Assembly (NCBI GenBank): GCA_045105515.1
Contig: JBGCDR010000234.1
Span: forward strand, 1-38,376
Reading direction: 5' to 3'
DNA: 38,376 nucleotides
Origin: Oligoflexales bacterium
Lineage (GTDB): Bacteria; Bdellovibrionota_B; Oligoflexia; Oligoflexales; Bog-1112
How positions within the stretch are numbered: the first letter of the stretch is position 1; each line of letters opens with the position of its first letter. Under the pieces are notes generated by a model. That model made no database searches. It saw only the letters and a program-made list of their open reading frames with translations, and had not been told where the DNA came from. Of this stretch, positions 19,275-29,115 are shown piece after piece. The position numbers and the translations under genes are program-made.

Positions 19275-20426
19275 ATGGATGACTTAGCAAAGATTGAAGA
19301 AAAACTAGGTAATTCTTCAAAATATCTGCCTATCTTGACTATTTTTATTCAGTTGGTATTCCTCACCACCTTGGTACTCTTTGATCACGGTATCGCTGAA
19401 ATAATTATTACTACTGCTGTATCAACAGCTCTCATAATTGCTTGTCAAAAGATGCTTTATCCGAAGCCGAAACGAGTCTATGAACCTTTTAAAAACCTCA
19501 TAGATAAATGGGAAAATCTCGCCAAAAGACTTAAGATCAACTTCGAAAATATGATTGCTGATCTTGCTGCAATCGAAATCGTTGTGAAGAAGCACAATGA
19601 ATCTTTGCAAGAAATAGATGGATCTTTGATGGTTATGCAGGAATTATTGAAAACAAATATCGAGATCTTTGGTGAAATCACCAAGGCAGTGACAGATAGT
19701 AGCATAGAAGGTAAGGATGTTATCAAACAAATGACCAATACCATGGACACACTCTCTACTACCGGTGTTCAGCTGCAAAATGTCTCAGAAATTTTCGATA
19801 GCATATCCTCTGAAACCAAAGTAATTAACGAAATTGTATTCAAGACCCAGCTTCTCTCCTTCAACGCCTTTCTTGAAGCTGCAAGAGCGGGCCAACACGG
19901 TAGTGGTTTTGTGGTTGTAGCCGAAGAAATTGGAAGTTTAGCAAAAAATAGTGGCAAAGCAGCAGAAGAAATTAGCGGTCTTCTATCAAATAGCCTAGAA
20001 AGTGTGGATTCCATATTGGGTAATACCAAGACTGGAATCAACAAAGTTAGAACAACTAACTCAAATGCTACAGGAATTTTCGAGAAAATAGTCAGCAACA
20101 CCTCTGATTACTTGAAAGCAATTACAGATGCAAGTGAAGATAATTTGAGCGGAGTCAATGATGCCATATCAATCACCTCTCAAATGCGACAAACGCTCAA
20201 AAAAACCAACGATATGGCTTTAACGACAAAGAGCTTATCAAATACAATCAGAGAAGACTGCAAGGAATTAGAGGATTCTATCTCTCCTTTTACTTTATTG
20301 TTTCATGAAGCTGAAAATTTAGAATCTGAAGCAAAGGGAAACAAAAATTTGAAATCTTTTTCTAAGAAGAAAACTCCGAGTGCAGATGATGAAATAATAG
20401 ACAATACTATAGACAAAGCTGGATAA
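19275..20426 (+). CDS. MCP with TM hairpin and no periplasmic sensor domain
   Basis: Two closely spaced TM segments, and [37 protein letters not shown]. Confidence 0.9.
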   Translation: MDDLAKIEEKLGNSSKYLPILTIFIQLVFLTTLVLFDHGIAEIIITTAVSTALIIACQKMLYPKPKRVYEPFKNLIDKWENLAKRLKINFENMIADLAAIEIVVKKHNESLQEIDGSLMVMQELLKTNIEIFGEITKAVTDSSIEGKDVIKQMTNTMDTLSTTGVQLQNVSEIFDSISSETKVINEIVFKTQLLSFNAFLEAARAGQHGSGFVVVAEEIGSLAKNSGKAAEEISGLLSNSLESVDSILGNTKTGINKVRTTNSNATGIFEKIVSNTSDYLKAITDASEDNLSGVNDAISITSQMRQTLKKTNDMALTTKSLSNTIREDCKELEDSISPFTLLFHEAENLESEAKGNKNLKSFSKKKTPSADDEIIDNTIDKAG

Positions 20427-20431
20427 AAAAC

Positions 20432-21916
20432 ATGTTAAGCTTGCGCACAAAAGTATTTAGCTTCATTGTTATGACCTTAGTTTTAAGTGTCCTAGGTGGT
20501 TTTTATCTATACAAGCATTTTCTAGAGATCAAGAAAATTAATCAAATGGAAGTATCTGCGCATCGGGTTGAGATCACATCAGCAAGACTCAGTGATTGCC
20601 TACAATTTACCAACCTAAATTGCCACAAGCTAGCAACTTCTCTTATCAATGACTTAAGTGAAATGTATAACTTTCAAGGTCTTGTAGATAACCTAGGTAT
20701 GCGAGCTTCATTTGTTCTTAAAGACCTAAAAGATTCCAAAGAAAACTATGACCAAATTAAAACTGAACTAGAAGCTTTAAGTAAGTTACAACGGTTCGAT
20801 ATAAATCAACTAAATTTACATTTAAAGAACGTTGAATCAGATTCCTTGAATCTCCAAGCTGTAACCAGTAAGTTGACTGAAGTTTGGTACTTACGCATTG
20901 GTTTTCTTTTTGTTTTTGGAATTATGATAATGATCTTTATTATGATTTTTGGATTTCTTTTTCTCAAAAAGTGGCAGTATAGATTTGATGAAGTCATGAC
21001 ATCATACCGTAGCCAACAAGAGAAGCTACAAGAGATAAAAAAGAAAGCAAATCAATTTGAAGAAACTTTTGACAACTTCTCAGAAAGAGAGAATACAAGC
21101 TTAGTCAAATCAAACGAACTCATAAATATAATCAAAGTACACAGTAAAAATCTCAATACCCATGTCAATAATCTATCTTCAGAAGGTAGTAAATCAAAGC
21201 TGAATGACACTAATACTCAATTACCAAGTGAGAAGCTAAAATTTATAATTGAACAGATTCAAGACTGCAACAAAATTGTAAATGAACTCAAAAAAACAGT
21301 GGGAAATATTAATACGAACATCGATACTATCAAAAGCATATCTCTAAAAACTCAACTATTAGCTATCAATGCTGCTGTTGAGGCTTCAAAAGCTGGTCAT
21401 CTTGGCAAAGGATTCACAGTAGTAGCTGAAGAGATGGGAAAACTTTCAATCGTAAGTCGGGATGCAGCAAATGCCATCAAAGATCATATCCAACAACATG
21501 AAAAATTACTCAAAAAAGTAGATAAATATACCTACGATGCCGTTGACAACGGACTGAATACCCTTGAGGCATTTGATAAAATTGCCGACCAAAGTTCTTC
21601 TTATATAAACTCTATCATCGTTAAATCAACCAAGATACCTATGATCAATGCAAAATACACCGGTAAATTTAATCTTTTGTCAAACGAAGTAAAAGCTTTG
21701 AACGAATTAAATGATCTACGCCAACAAGTGCAGGAGCTTTCTCAAGAAATCAACCGGCAGGTCAAGAAACAAATTAAGAATGAAGACGATTTAATTAAAA
21801 ATCTAACACAACTTGTGGCAGGTAATCAGTATTTGTCGATAGAAAACTTTGAAAAATACTTTTTTGACTTAAGCTCTTCTAAGAAAAAGAAAAAAATCAA
21901 AAGATTGGTTTCTTAG
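20432..21916 (+). CDS. MCP with ~125-aa helical periplasmic domain
   Basis: TM1 and TM2, and [34 protein letters not shown]. Confidence 0.9.
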   Translation: MLSLRTKVFSFIVMTLVLSVLGGFYLYKHFLEIKKINQMEVSAHRVEITSARLSDCLQFTNLNCHKLATSLINDLSEMYNFQGLVDNLGMRASFVLKDLKDSKENYDQIKTELEALSKLQRFDINQLNLHLKNVESDSLNLQAVTSKLTEVWYLRIGFLFVFGIMIMIFIMIFGFLFLKKWQYRFDEVMTSYRSQQEKLQEIKKKANQFEETFDNFSERENTSLVKSNELINIIKVHSKNLNTHVNNLSSEGSKSKLNDTNTQLPSEKLKFIIEQIQDCNKIVNELKKTVGNINTNIDTIKSISLKTQLLAINAAVEASKAGHLGKGFTVVAEEMGKLSIVSRDAANAIKDHIQQHEKLLKKVDKYTYDAVDNGLNTLEAFDKIADQSSSYINSIIVKSTKIPMINAKYTGKFNLLSNEVKALNELNDLRQQVQELSQEINRQVKKQIKNEDDLIKNLTQLVAGNQYLSIENFEKYFFDLSSSKKKKKIKRLVS

Positions 21917-21984
21917 CAAATATTAACTGAGCTAATATATTAACTATGAATAGTTTATAATAATAGCAATAAAACAACTAAGGA

Positions 21985-22401
21985 GTGAGTATCATGTTCC
22001 AAAAAGAGATTAAAATCCTAATTGTTGATGATATGTCAACAATGCGGCGAATTGTTAAAAACGGCTTAAATGATCTAGGGTATGATACGATCGAGAATGC
22101 TAAGAACGGTCAACTTGGTTGGGAAATTATCGAAACATCCCATAGCGAGGGCAGTCCCATCGAATTGGTGATGTGTGATTGGAATATGCCGGTATGTACT
22201 GGTTTAGAGCTCCTACAAAAAGTACGTGCTGATGAGAAAACTAAAGATCTACCATTTATTATGCTTACTGCAAAATCCGAAGAGAAAGATATGCAAGAAG
22301 CTCAAGATGCTGGGGTTAGCGCTTACCTAACAAAACCTTTCTCAGGTGGGGAACTCGAAAACACTCTGAGAGAAGTATTCGAAAAGAAAGCTGCCGCTTA
22401 A
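21985..22401 (+). CDS. cheY: CheY
   Basis: KILIVDDMSTMRRIV..CDWNMP..TGLELL..LPFIMLTA..YLTKPF. AAGGAG RBS fits ATG 21994. Confidence 0.93.
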   Translation: MSIMFQKEIKILIVDDMSTMRRIVKNGLNDLGYDTIENAKNGQLGWEIIETSHSEGSPIELVMCDWNMPVCTGLELLQKVRADEKTKDLPFIMLTAKSEEKDMQEAQDAGVSAYLTKPFSGGELENTLREVFEKKAAA

Positions 22402-22416
22402 ACTCTGGAGGCGAGA

Positions 22417-23586
22417 ATGACTAATAAAGATCTGAGGATTCTAATTCTCTCCTCGGATAGCGCCAACATTCAAACTTTGGTTAAAATTTTAGCTCAGTTA
22501 GGCTATCTGAATATAATTGTAAAAGAAGATGGACTAACAATTTCAAGTTGGATCAAAGAAAATCCTTTCGGATTTCTAATCTGCGATATGAGCATCAAGA
22601 ATATATCGGGATGGACTCTCATCAGAGAACTAAAAGCCTCACCTGATATTCCTAATTTCCCTAATATTCTTGCTGGCTCAGAGCCGGCGCCAGCTGGTGA
22701 AGAAGAGTTAAAAAGCTATGGTGTGGTGAAGTATTTGCTAACCCCATTTAACGAAAAAAATCTTAAATTCCTTATCAACTCCACCATCTTACTGTTTAAC
22801 TCATCGGGTACCATCGAGAACAAATTTACCCACGCAAAAGATGCATTGATTGCCCAAAAATCTCATGAAGCAATAGAAAAATATGAGGAACTTAATAACC
22901 TGACTGATCGTGGGGAGCGAAGTAGCATCGGCCTTTATCAAGCCCATGTTAAATCAGACAATATGTCCAAAGCTATAGAAGCCATAAACTCAATTAACCC
23001 AAAAAGAGAACTCAGTCCCTCAGCTCTTATAGTTAAGATAAAAATATTAGCTGATCAGAGGAAAATAAACGAAGCAATCGAGCTTGCTCAAATACTCTTG
23101 GAAGAAAAAATGCCACGGGTACCCTATTTTTATCAGAAAAGCCTCAATATCTTTATGAACTTAAATGAATTTAAATTTAGCAAAAAGATCTGCCAACTAG
23201 CGATAGAAAAGGAATTTAAGGTTGAAGACTTCTATTTATCATTAGCAAGGATAGAATATCAAACTGAAGATTTCAATAACACCCTCGAAATTTTGGACAA
23301 AGCAGAAACTATTTTTGGTCAAACTAGTGAGTTGTACAACCTTAGAGGGGTTTGCTACAAGAAAAAAGGCTTATTAGACACAGCTAAAAGCTGCTACGAG
23401 CGAGCTATAGAATTAGCACCGCAAGACTCAAAGCTTTATTTTAATATTTCATCTTGTGCTATTGCCATGAAATCCTATGATGAAGCAAAGCAATACCTTG
23501 AACAGTGTTTAAAAATCGAACCAAAATTCGAAAAAGCCCAGGAAAAAATTGATGAAATAGATAACTACCTAACCAGTAATTCATGA
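22417..23586 (+). CDS. Atypical receiver plus TPR-repeat protein
   Basis: N-terminal REC-like fold (LRILIL..FLICD..SGWTLIRELK..YLLTPF). TPRs: ELYNLRGVCYKKKG..YERAIELAP, LYFNISSC..CLKIEP. GGAGG RBS. Confidence 0.88.
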   Translation: MTNKDLRILILSSDSANIQTLVKILAQLGYLNIIVKEDGLTISSWIKENPFGFLICDMSIKNISGWTLIRELKASPDIPNFPNILAGSEPAPAGEEELKSYGVVKYLLTPFNEKNLKFLINSTILLFNSSGTIENKFTHAKDALIAQKSHEAIEKYEELNNLTDRGERSSIGLYQAHVKSDNMSKAIEAINSINPKRELSPSALIVKIKILADQRKINEAIELAQILLEEKMPRVPYFYQKSLNIFMNLNEFKFSKKICQLAIEKEFKVEDFYLSLARIEYQTEDFNNTLEILDKAETIFGQTSELYNLRGVCYKKKGLLDTAKSCYERAIELAPQDSKLYFNISSCAIAMKSYDEAKQYLEQCLKIEPKFEKAQEKIDEIDNYLTSNS

Positions 23587-23731
23587 AAATCATCACAATT
23601 TAAAGCTTGTAATTTCTCAAGATTTTTTAAGTCCTCGTAAATCTGTCCTTGGGCAATTGCTACCCATTTTAAATCGCAAACTCTGGACCGAAAAGTAGAC
23701 TGCCTAGGTCTATTTTATATTGGAGTAAATC

Positions 23732-25006
23732 GTGCTGCGGCTATGGTATTTAATAGTTTTGATTCTCTGGATAAACAACTTGCAAACTCCTATTGCTGCT
23801 TCACCTATGTTTGACTACATCACTACTGTTTTGAAAGAAGACCTGCCTACAAAAGCTTCAAGGAAAGAAAAAGCTGCAGCTGTTTTTGAACTAGAACAAA
23901 ATTCAGGGCAACTTTACCCTCAGATCAATCTGCGAGGTCAATCTGGCTTTGCGGCTTCTCCCGAATCCTCAAACAATAACAACAATTTGGGGCTATTCTT
24001 GAACCAGGTAATCTTTGACAAGAGCAAATCCACATACTTGTCTCTGAGTGAGTCATTGCTTGCAGAAAAAGAATTAGCAATAAGAATAAAGCAGGAACAA
24101 ACCATATTAGAAGCTGGCTTGATCTTCATTAATTACGTAGAAGCATTGAAACGTGAGAGAATTTCCGTTGAGCACGCTCTCAGATCTCTCGACCAAAGAA
24201 AGTTTGTAAAAGATCAGCTTACTGGGGGAGGGGCAACGCAAATTGACCTCCAAAATGTCGAAATTGCTATAAAAAGCTTAGAACTCAATCAACTCAATTA
24301 TAAGGCTGCAAGAAGACTTGCGGCCTTAGCTCTACTCCAAAGGTCAAGGAATAAAGCTCAAATACCCGAATTTCAATCCCTACCTCAATTCAATTTTCCT
24401 TTAGTTCTTATGCCACCAGATCAAGCCAAGAAATACTTGGAAAAAAAACCAGATATTTCATTGATCATCGCACGTATAAAATCCTTGGATGCTCAGATCC
24501 GTTTTTCAGAAGCAAAGAAATTCCCAATTTTAGGATTTGAAGCTTCACTAGAAACAAGTGGTGTTGAAGCGAGTGATAATGTTGCCAGCCTCAAACTATC
24601 TGCGAGTTGGAACTTGTACGACGGTGGAACTCAAAGAGCAGAGAATGCTGGATTGATCGAACAGAAAAAAAGCTTAGCTCTCACATACCGGCACTTATTC
24701 GAAACTTACTATGGTAGATACCGAGAAACATTAAATAGATACGAAGCTTCCCTAGCAAGCTTTAAGCTTAGCCGAGAATTGAAAGGCCACTACAAGGAAT
24801 TTTTGGTACAGAAATCAATCCAGTACCGTGGAGGTCTAGTGACTATTGAGAACATTTTAGGTGCCCAATCCAACCTTTTCGACATCGAACAGCAGTTACT
24901 TGGAGCTGAAATCGCAATGACTAAGGCAACTTGGGAGCTCATGGGCCATCTTGGCTTACTACAAGCTATTGGTTTAAAAGCCTTATTTATTCCACCAACG
25001 GAATAA
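23732..25006 (+). CDS. TolC-family outer-membrane efflux protein
   Basis: Signal peptide, LYPQINL..LNQVIFD, FPILGF..ASWNLYDGG, YRGGLVTIENILGAQ. Adjacent to T1SS genes. Confidence 0.9.
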   Translation: MLRLWYLIVLILWINNLQTPIAASPMFDYITTVLKEDLPTKASRKEKAAAVFELEQNSGQLYPQINLRGQSGFAASPESSNNNNNLGLFLNQVIFDKSKSTYLSLSESLLAEKELAIRIKQEQTILEAGLIFINYVEALKRERISVEHALRSLDQRKFVKDQLTGGGATQIDLQNVEIAIKSLELNQLNYKAARRLAALALLQRSRNKAQIPEFQSLPQFNFPLVLMPPDQAKKYLEKKPDISLIIARIKSLDAQIRFSEAKKFPILGFEASLETSGVEASDNVASLKLSASWNLYDGGTQRAENAGLIEQKKSLALTYRHLFETYYGRYRETLNRYEASLASFKLSRELKGHYKEFLVQKSIQYRGGLVTIENILGAQSNLFDIEQQLLGAEIAMTKATWELMGHLGLLQAIGLKALFIPPTE

Positions 25007-25260
25007 AATCTTTCCAAAACACCTCAAAATCAGACTACAGTAAGTTTGCCTCGCAAATAAATAGAGGATCTAACAATCTGTTTATACTCCATTATTACAA
25101 TAAGCTAACATCTTCCTCGGCTATCCCGAACTCCGTGAATAATAGAGGATGATACACAGTGGCGGAGCTGTTTTGCTCCCTAGCTTGTATCGGATCCGTT
25201 GCTTGGTACGTGGTTGTGAAAGAGCTCGGAATATTAAAAACAACCTTAGGGGACAAAAAA

Positions 25261-28200
25261 GTGGCAAAAGGCAATAGCATCATAGACAAGCTCAAGAAAA
25301 TGCTGAAAAACGACTCTCCTTCAGAAAACTCCCAAGAGACGGTCGAGGTCGTTGATCCTTTCCTCAACAAAAGTGTTGAGGATGCCAATAACCTACAAGT
25401 CCAGGCTGATGATTCCAACGAATCCAAAAGCACTGGTGGTGCAGACGCTGCGGATATAGCCAGCATCAGTTCCCAAAGCGTCAAAGCAAATGAGTTCGCT
25501 GCAGCTGAAATAGCTAGAAGTGATTCTGACATCGATGCCAGCAGAAACAGTAGCAGTGAAGCTGCTCTCGGAAACAGTGGGATTGCTGCTAATGAATTTG
25601 TTGGCGAAAGTTCCAATGAGCTCGGTGATATCAGCCAGCTGGCAAGTTCAGCAACTGAACAATCAAACCAATTTACAGAGAACGCCGAGCAGGTAATTGC
25701 TCAAGAAAATGAGTTCTCTGATGTTGAAGCTGCAAGAGTTAGCCAAGATCAAAATGATTTCAGCGACAGCTTAGCAGCAAATAATGACTCCTCAGCCAGT
25801 GGCGAAGGAGCAAGCCTTGTAAACCAAGGTTCTGATATTAGTGAACCAGCAGCTTCTAGCGATAAACCTGCTGCGCAACCAAGCGATAGCATTTCGGCTA
25901 CAGATGATGAAGCCGCACAATCTACTAGCCCGGAAGCTGCCTCTGCTGGCAACACAGAAGTTACCTCTTCCAGCATTGAAGACTCAAGCGGGAATACAAT
26001 CGAAAATGAGCAACATGAGCCCGTAGTAGCTGAACCAGCTCAAGAAGCGGCAGCTGAACCAGCTCAAGAAGCGGCAGCTGAGCAAGAAAGTGAATCTAAC
26101 TCTGAACCTATCCAGACACCAGGTGAAGAGACTAACATCCAGGCAGAGCAAGCTGGCGGGGATGACACTCTCCACGGCGGCAGAGGCGACGACATCATGC
26201 TCGGGGGTGGCGGTGACGACGTCCTCAAAGGCGGCAGGGGTGACGACATGCTTCACGGGGGCAGCGGAGACGATGTCCTTAAAGGCGGCAGAGGCGACGA
26301 TGTCCTTGCTGGCGGCTCTGGTGATGATGTGTTGCGCGGTGGCCGCGGTGATGACATCCTCGCTGGTGGCTCCGGAGATGACACCATTCATGGTGGGAGA
26401 GGCGACGATCTCATCGTTGCTGGCGGTGGTGGAAACGACACCATTTATGGGGGAAAAGGGGATGATACTCTCAAGCTTTCGGGAGACTTTGAAGACTACA
26501 CCTTCATCAAGAACGATGATAATTCTCTGACCATTGTTGACAATGTTGAGGGAAGAGATGGCCAAATGACTGTGTCAGGTGTTGAAGAGTTTTCATTTGC
26601 TGACCAAAGCGTGAGCGGCACAGATTCCTTGGAAATAAGCAGTCCAGAATCAATTAGTAGCTCCATTGATATTGGAGCTACCACAGCAAGTGTTAGTAGC
26701 GCTAACACTGAAAGCACTCTTGCAGCAAATACTGAAAGTACCCAAGCTACAAGCCAGACTGCAGATATCCTCAAGACTGACAACGATGTGAGTTTAAGAG
26801 GATCAGGTGATGATGATCGCTTGGTAGGAACCAAGGGAGATGACACCATAAAAGGTGGCAAGGGTGACGATGTCCTGAAAGGACGCGATGGCAATGACTC
26901 ACTCTCTGGTGGAAAAGGTGATGACCGATTGCACGGCGGAAAGGGTGATGATGTTCTAGCCGGTGGAAAAGGTGATGACCGACTACACGGCGGAAATGGC
27001 GATGATGTCCTAGCCGGTGGAAAAGGCGATGATCGTTTGCACGGCGGAAATGGCGATGACTCACTCGCTGGCGGAAAAGGTGATGACCGATTACACGGCG
27101 GAAAAGGTGATGATGTCCTAGCCGGTGGCAAAGGTGATGACCGACTACACGGCGGAAAAGGCGACGACTCACTCGCTGGCGGAAAAGGCGACGATAGACT
27201 GAGCGGTGGAAGAGGTGACGACGTTCTTGCTGGTGGCAAGGGTGATGATAGATTGAGTGGTGGACGTGGCGATGACTCACTCGCTGGTGGCAAAGGTGAT
27301 GACCGACTACACGGCGGAAATGGCGATGATGTTCTAGCCGGTGGAAAAGGCGATGATCGTTTGCATGGCGGAAATGGCGATGATTCACTCGCTGGCGGAA
27401 AAGGTGATGACCGACTACACGGCGGAAAAGGTGATGACGTCCTTGCTGGTGGAAAAGGCGATGATGTACTTTCCGGTGGCAAGGGTGACGATATCCTCGC
27501 TGGCGGAAAAGGTGATGACCGACTACACGGCGGAAAAGGTGATGACTCTCTCAGTGGTGGTGCTGGAGACGATAAACTACATGGCGGTCGCGGGGACGAT
27601 GTTCTAGCTGGTGGTCAAGGCGATGACAAACTTAACGGCGGTCGCGGGGACGATTCTCTCAGCGGTGGAGCTGGAGACGATAAATTACACGGCGGTCGCG
27701 GGGACGATGTTCTAGCCGGTGGTCAAGGCGATGATAAGCTGAGCGGTGGACGCGGCGATGATATCCTTGCTGGTGGTCAAGGCGATGACAAACTTAACGG
27801 GGGACGCGGGGATGACTCTCTCAGCGGTGGCGCTGGAGACGATAAATTGCACGGCGGACGCGGGGACGATGTTCTAGCCGGTGGTCAAGGCGATGATAAG
27901 CTGAGCGGTGGACGCGGCGATGACTCTCTTAGCGGTGGTGCTGGAGATGATAAATTGCACGGCGGTCGCGGAGACGACATTCTAGCTGGTGGTCAAGGTG
28001 ATGATAAACTTAGCGGGGGGCGCGGCGATGACATCTTAGCTGGTGGTCAAGGCGACGACAAACTTAGCGGGGGACGCGGTGACGACATTCTAGCTGGTGG
28101 TCAAGGCGACGATAAATTACACGGCGGTCGCGGTGATGACATCTTATCTGGTGGTCAAGGCGATGATGTGCTGAAAGGTGGAAGAGGTGATGACACCTTG

Positions 28201-28680
28201 CTCGGTGGTGAAGGTGACGACAAATTAAATGGCGGACGTGGTGATGACATCCTATCTGGTGGTCAAGGCGATGATATCCTAAATGGTGGAAGAGGCGATG
28301 ACACTTTACTGGGTGGCGAAGGCGATGACACCCTAAGAGGTGGAAACGGCGACGATATCATGTATGGCGATTCAATCAATGATGCTGCACAGGATCTGAG
28401 CGATTTACTTTCACTATCTAATCAATCTGCGGATTATGGCTCAAACTTCTCTCTCTCTCAGGTACAAGGGACTGCAGTTGACGGTGCCAACCAAGATTGG
28501 ACAGCAGCTGCAGAAGATTCCAATAGTCATGTTGAATCCGGATCTTCTGATTGGATTGCGATGGATGGCCAGGTTGCATTGGAAGAGAATGATGGATCTG
28601 CAGAAGTAGAAACGCTTGATGATTTAGGATCACAAGATGGTATTTCTGCTTCTGACGATGACTTTCAGTTACCCGTATAA
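25261..28680 (+). CDS. Large RTX-repeat (GGxGxD) calcium-binding T1SS substrate, likely start GTG 25261
   Basis: About 12 + 58 nonapeptides GGxGDDxLx, acidic low-complexity N-terminus, no Sec signal, AGGGGA RBS before 25261. Confidence 0.93.
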   Translation: MAKGNSIIDKLKKMLKNDSPSENSQETVEVVDPFLNKSVEDANNLQVQADDSNESKSTGGADAADIASISSQSVKANEFAAAEIARSDSDIDASRNSSSEAALGNSGIAANEFVGESSNELGDISQLASSATEQSNQFTENAEQVIAQENEFSDVEAARVSQDQNDFSDSLAANNDSSASGEGASLVNQGSDISEPAASSDKPAAQPSDSISATDDEAAQSTSPEAASAGNTEVTSSSIEDSSGNTIENEQHEPVVAEPAQEAAAEPAQEAAAEQESESNSEPIQTPGEETNIQAEQAGGDDTLHGGRGDDIMLGGGGDDVLKGGRGDDMLHGGSGDDVLKGGRGDDVLAGGSGDDVLRGGRGDDILAGGSGDDTIHGGRGDDLIVAGGGGNDTIYGGKGDDTLKLSGDFEDYTFIKNDDNSLTIVDNVEGRDGQMTVSGVEEFSFADQSVSGTDSLEISSPESISSSIDIGATTASVSSANTESTLAANTESTQATSQTADILKTDNDVSLRGSGDDDRLVGTKGDDTIKGGKGDDVLKGRDGNDSLSGGKGDDRLHGGKGDDVLAGGKGDDRLHGGNGDDVLAGGKGDDRLHGGNGDDSLAGGKGDDRLHGGKGDDVLAGGKGDDRLHGGKGDDSLAGGKGDDRLSGGRGDDVLAGGKGDDRLSGGRGDDSLAGGKGDDRLHGGNGDDVLAGGKGDDRLHGGNGDDSLAGGKGDDRLHGGKGDDVLAGGKGDDVLSGGKGDDILAGGKGDDRLHGGKGDDSLSGGAGDDKLHGGRGDDVLAGGQGDDKLNGGRGDDSLSGGAGDDKLHGGRGDDVLAGGQGDDKLSGGRGDDILAGGQGDDKLNGGRGDDSLSGGAGDDKLHGGRGDDVLAGGQGDDKLSGGRGDDSLSGGAGDDKLHGGRGDDILAGGQGDDKLSGGRGDDILAGGQGDDKLSGGRGDDILAGGQGDDKLHGGRGDDILSGGQGDDVLKGGRGDDTLLGGEGDDKLNGGRGDDILSGGQGDDILNGGRGDDTLLGGEGDDTLRGGNGDDIMYGDSINDAAQDLSDLLSLSNQSADYGSNFSLSQVQGTAVDGANQDWTAAAEDSNSHVESGSSDWIAMDGQVALEENDGSAEVETLDDLGSQDGISASDDDFQLPV
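26029..26081 (+). repeat. 24-bp perfect tandem repeat (AEPAQEAA x2)
   Basis: gctgaaccagctcaagaagcggca twice, plus gctga. Confidence 0.9.
26152..26478 (+). repeat. RTX block 1 (~12 x 27 bp)
   Basis: GGRGDD/GGSGDD nonapeptides. Confidence 0.9.
26800..28365 (+). repeat. RTX block 2 (58 uninterrupted 27-bp units)
   Basis: Counted from GSGDDDRLV to GGNGDDIMY, 58 x 27 = 1566 bp. Confidence 0.92.
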
Positions 28681-29028
28681 TACCGTCTTAACAACGGTTT
28701 TTAGTGAATCAAAGTCAACTGGTTTGGTTAAAAATGCTGCTGCTCCTTTTTGATTTGCTTCATTAATCGTTTCTTCACTTGCATCTGCACTAATCAAGAT
28801 AACAGGGATATTTGGATGCTTCGCTTTCAATTCATCCATCATTACTAGCCCATTTCCATTAGGCATATAGATATCCGACAAAATACAATCCGGAATTTCA
28901 TCCACAAGCAGTGCGAAAGCCGAGGGAATATCCTCGGCTTCAAAGCACTTGTGACCCATCCTATGCAAATCGTTCGATAACTTTTTTCTTTGTGAAGGTA
29001 CATCTTCAATGATCAACACTTTTGCCAA
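28669..29028 (-). CDS. Single-domain response regulator (CheY-like)
   Basis: KVLIIED..ILSDIYMP..PVILISA..FLTKP. TTG start with GAGG RBS. 12-bp convergent overlap with the RTX gene. Confidence 0.92.
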   Translation of the reverse strand: MAKVLIIEDVPSQRKKLSNDLHRMGHKCFEAEDIPSAFALLVDEIPDCILSDIYMPNGNGLVMMDELKAKHPNIPVILISADASEETINEANQKGAAAFLTKPVDFDSLKTVVKTVLYG

Positions 29029-29115
29029 AAAGTGAACCTCATATTTCGTTATTCTAACTACTTATATTTTAACCACAAACTCTCACTACATCAATTTTAA
29101 AGCAGTTCATTACTG

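Noticed and set aside
23670..23694. Sigma-28 promoter before tolC (TAAA-N13-ACCGAAAA)
   Set aside because: The spacing is two bases short of consensus, too weak to call.
25159..25260. Hydrophobic N-terminal extension of the RTX ORF as a signal or TM anchor
   Set aside because: A good RBS precedes GTG 25261, and T1SS cargo normally lacks N-terminal signals. The upstream GTG also has a GAGGA nearby, so this is not fully excluded.
25984..27607. Alternative-frame ORFs (e.g. 26496..27482 SSPFPP repeats, 26771..27388 His/Arg-rich)
   Set aside because: They are shadows of the Gly/Asp repeat codons, which lack stops in other frames. There is no independent evidence for them.
26800..28365. 27-bp periodic array as CRISPR or non-coding satellite
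   Set aside because: It is in frame, varies at synonymous positions and encodes RTX nonapeptides.
25261..28680. Calling the RTX protein a hemolysin or toxin
   Set aside because: There is no hydrophobic pore-forming region or enzymatic domain, and no acyltransferase (hlyC-like) gene in the locus.
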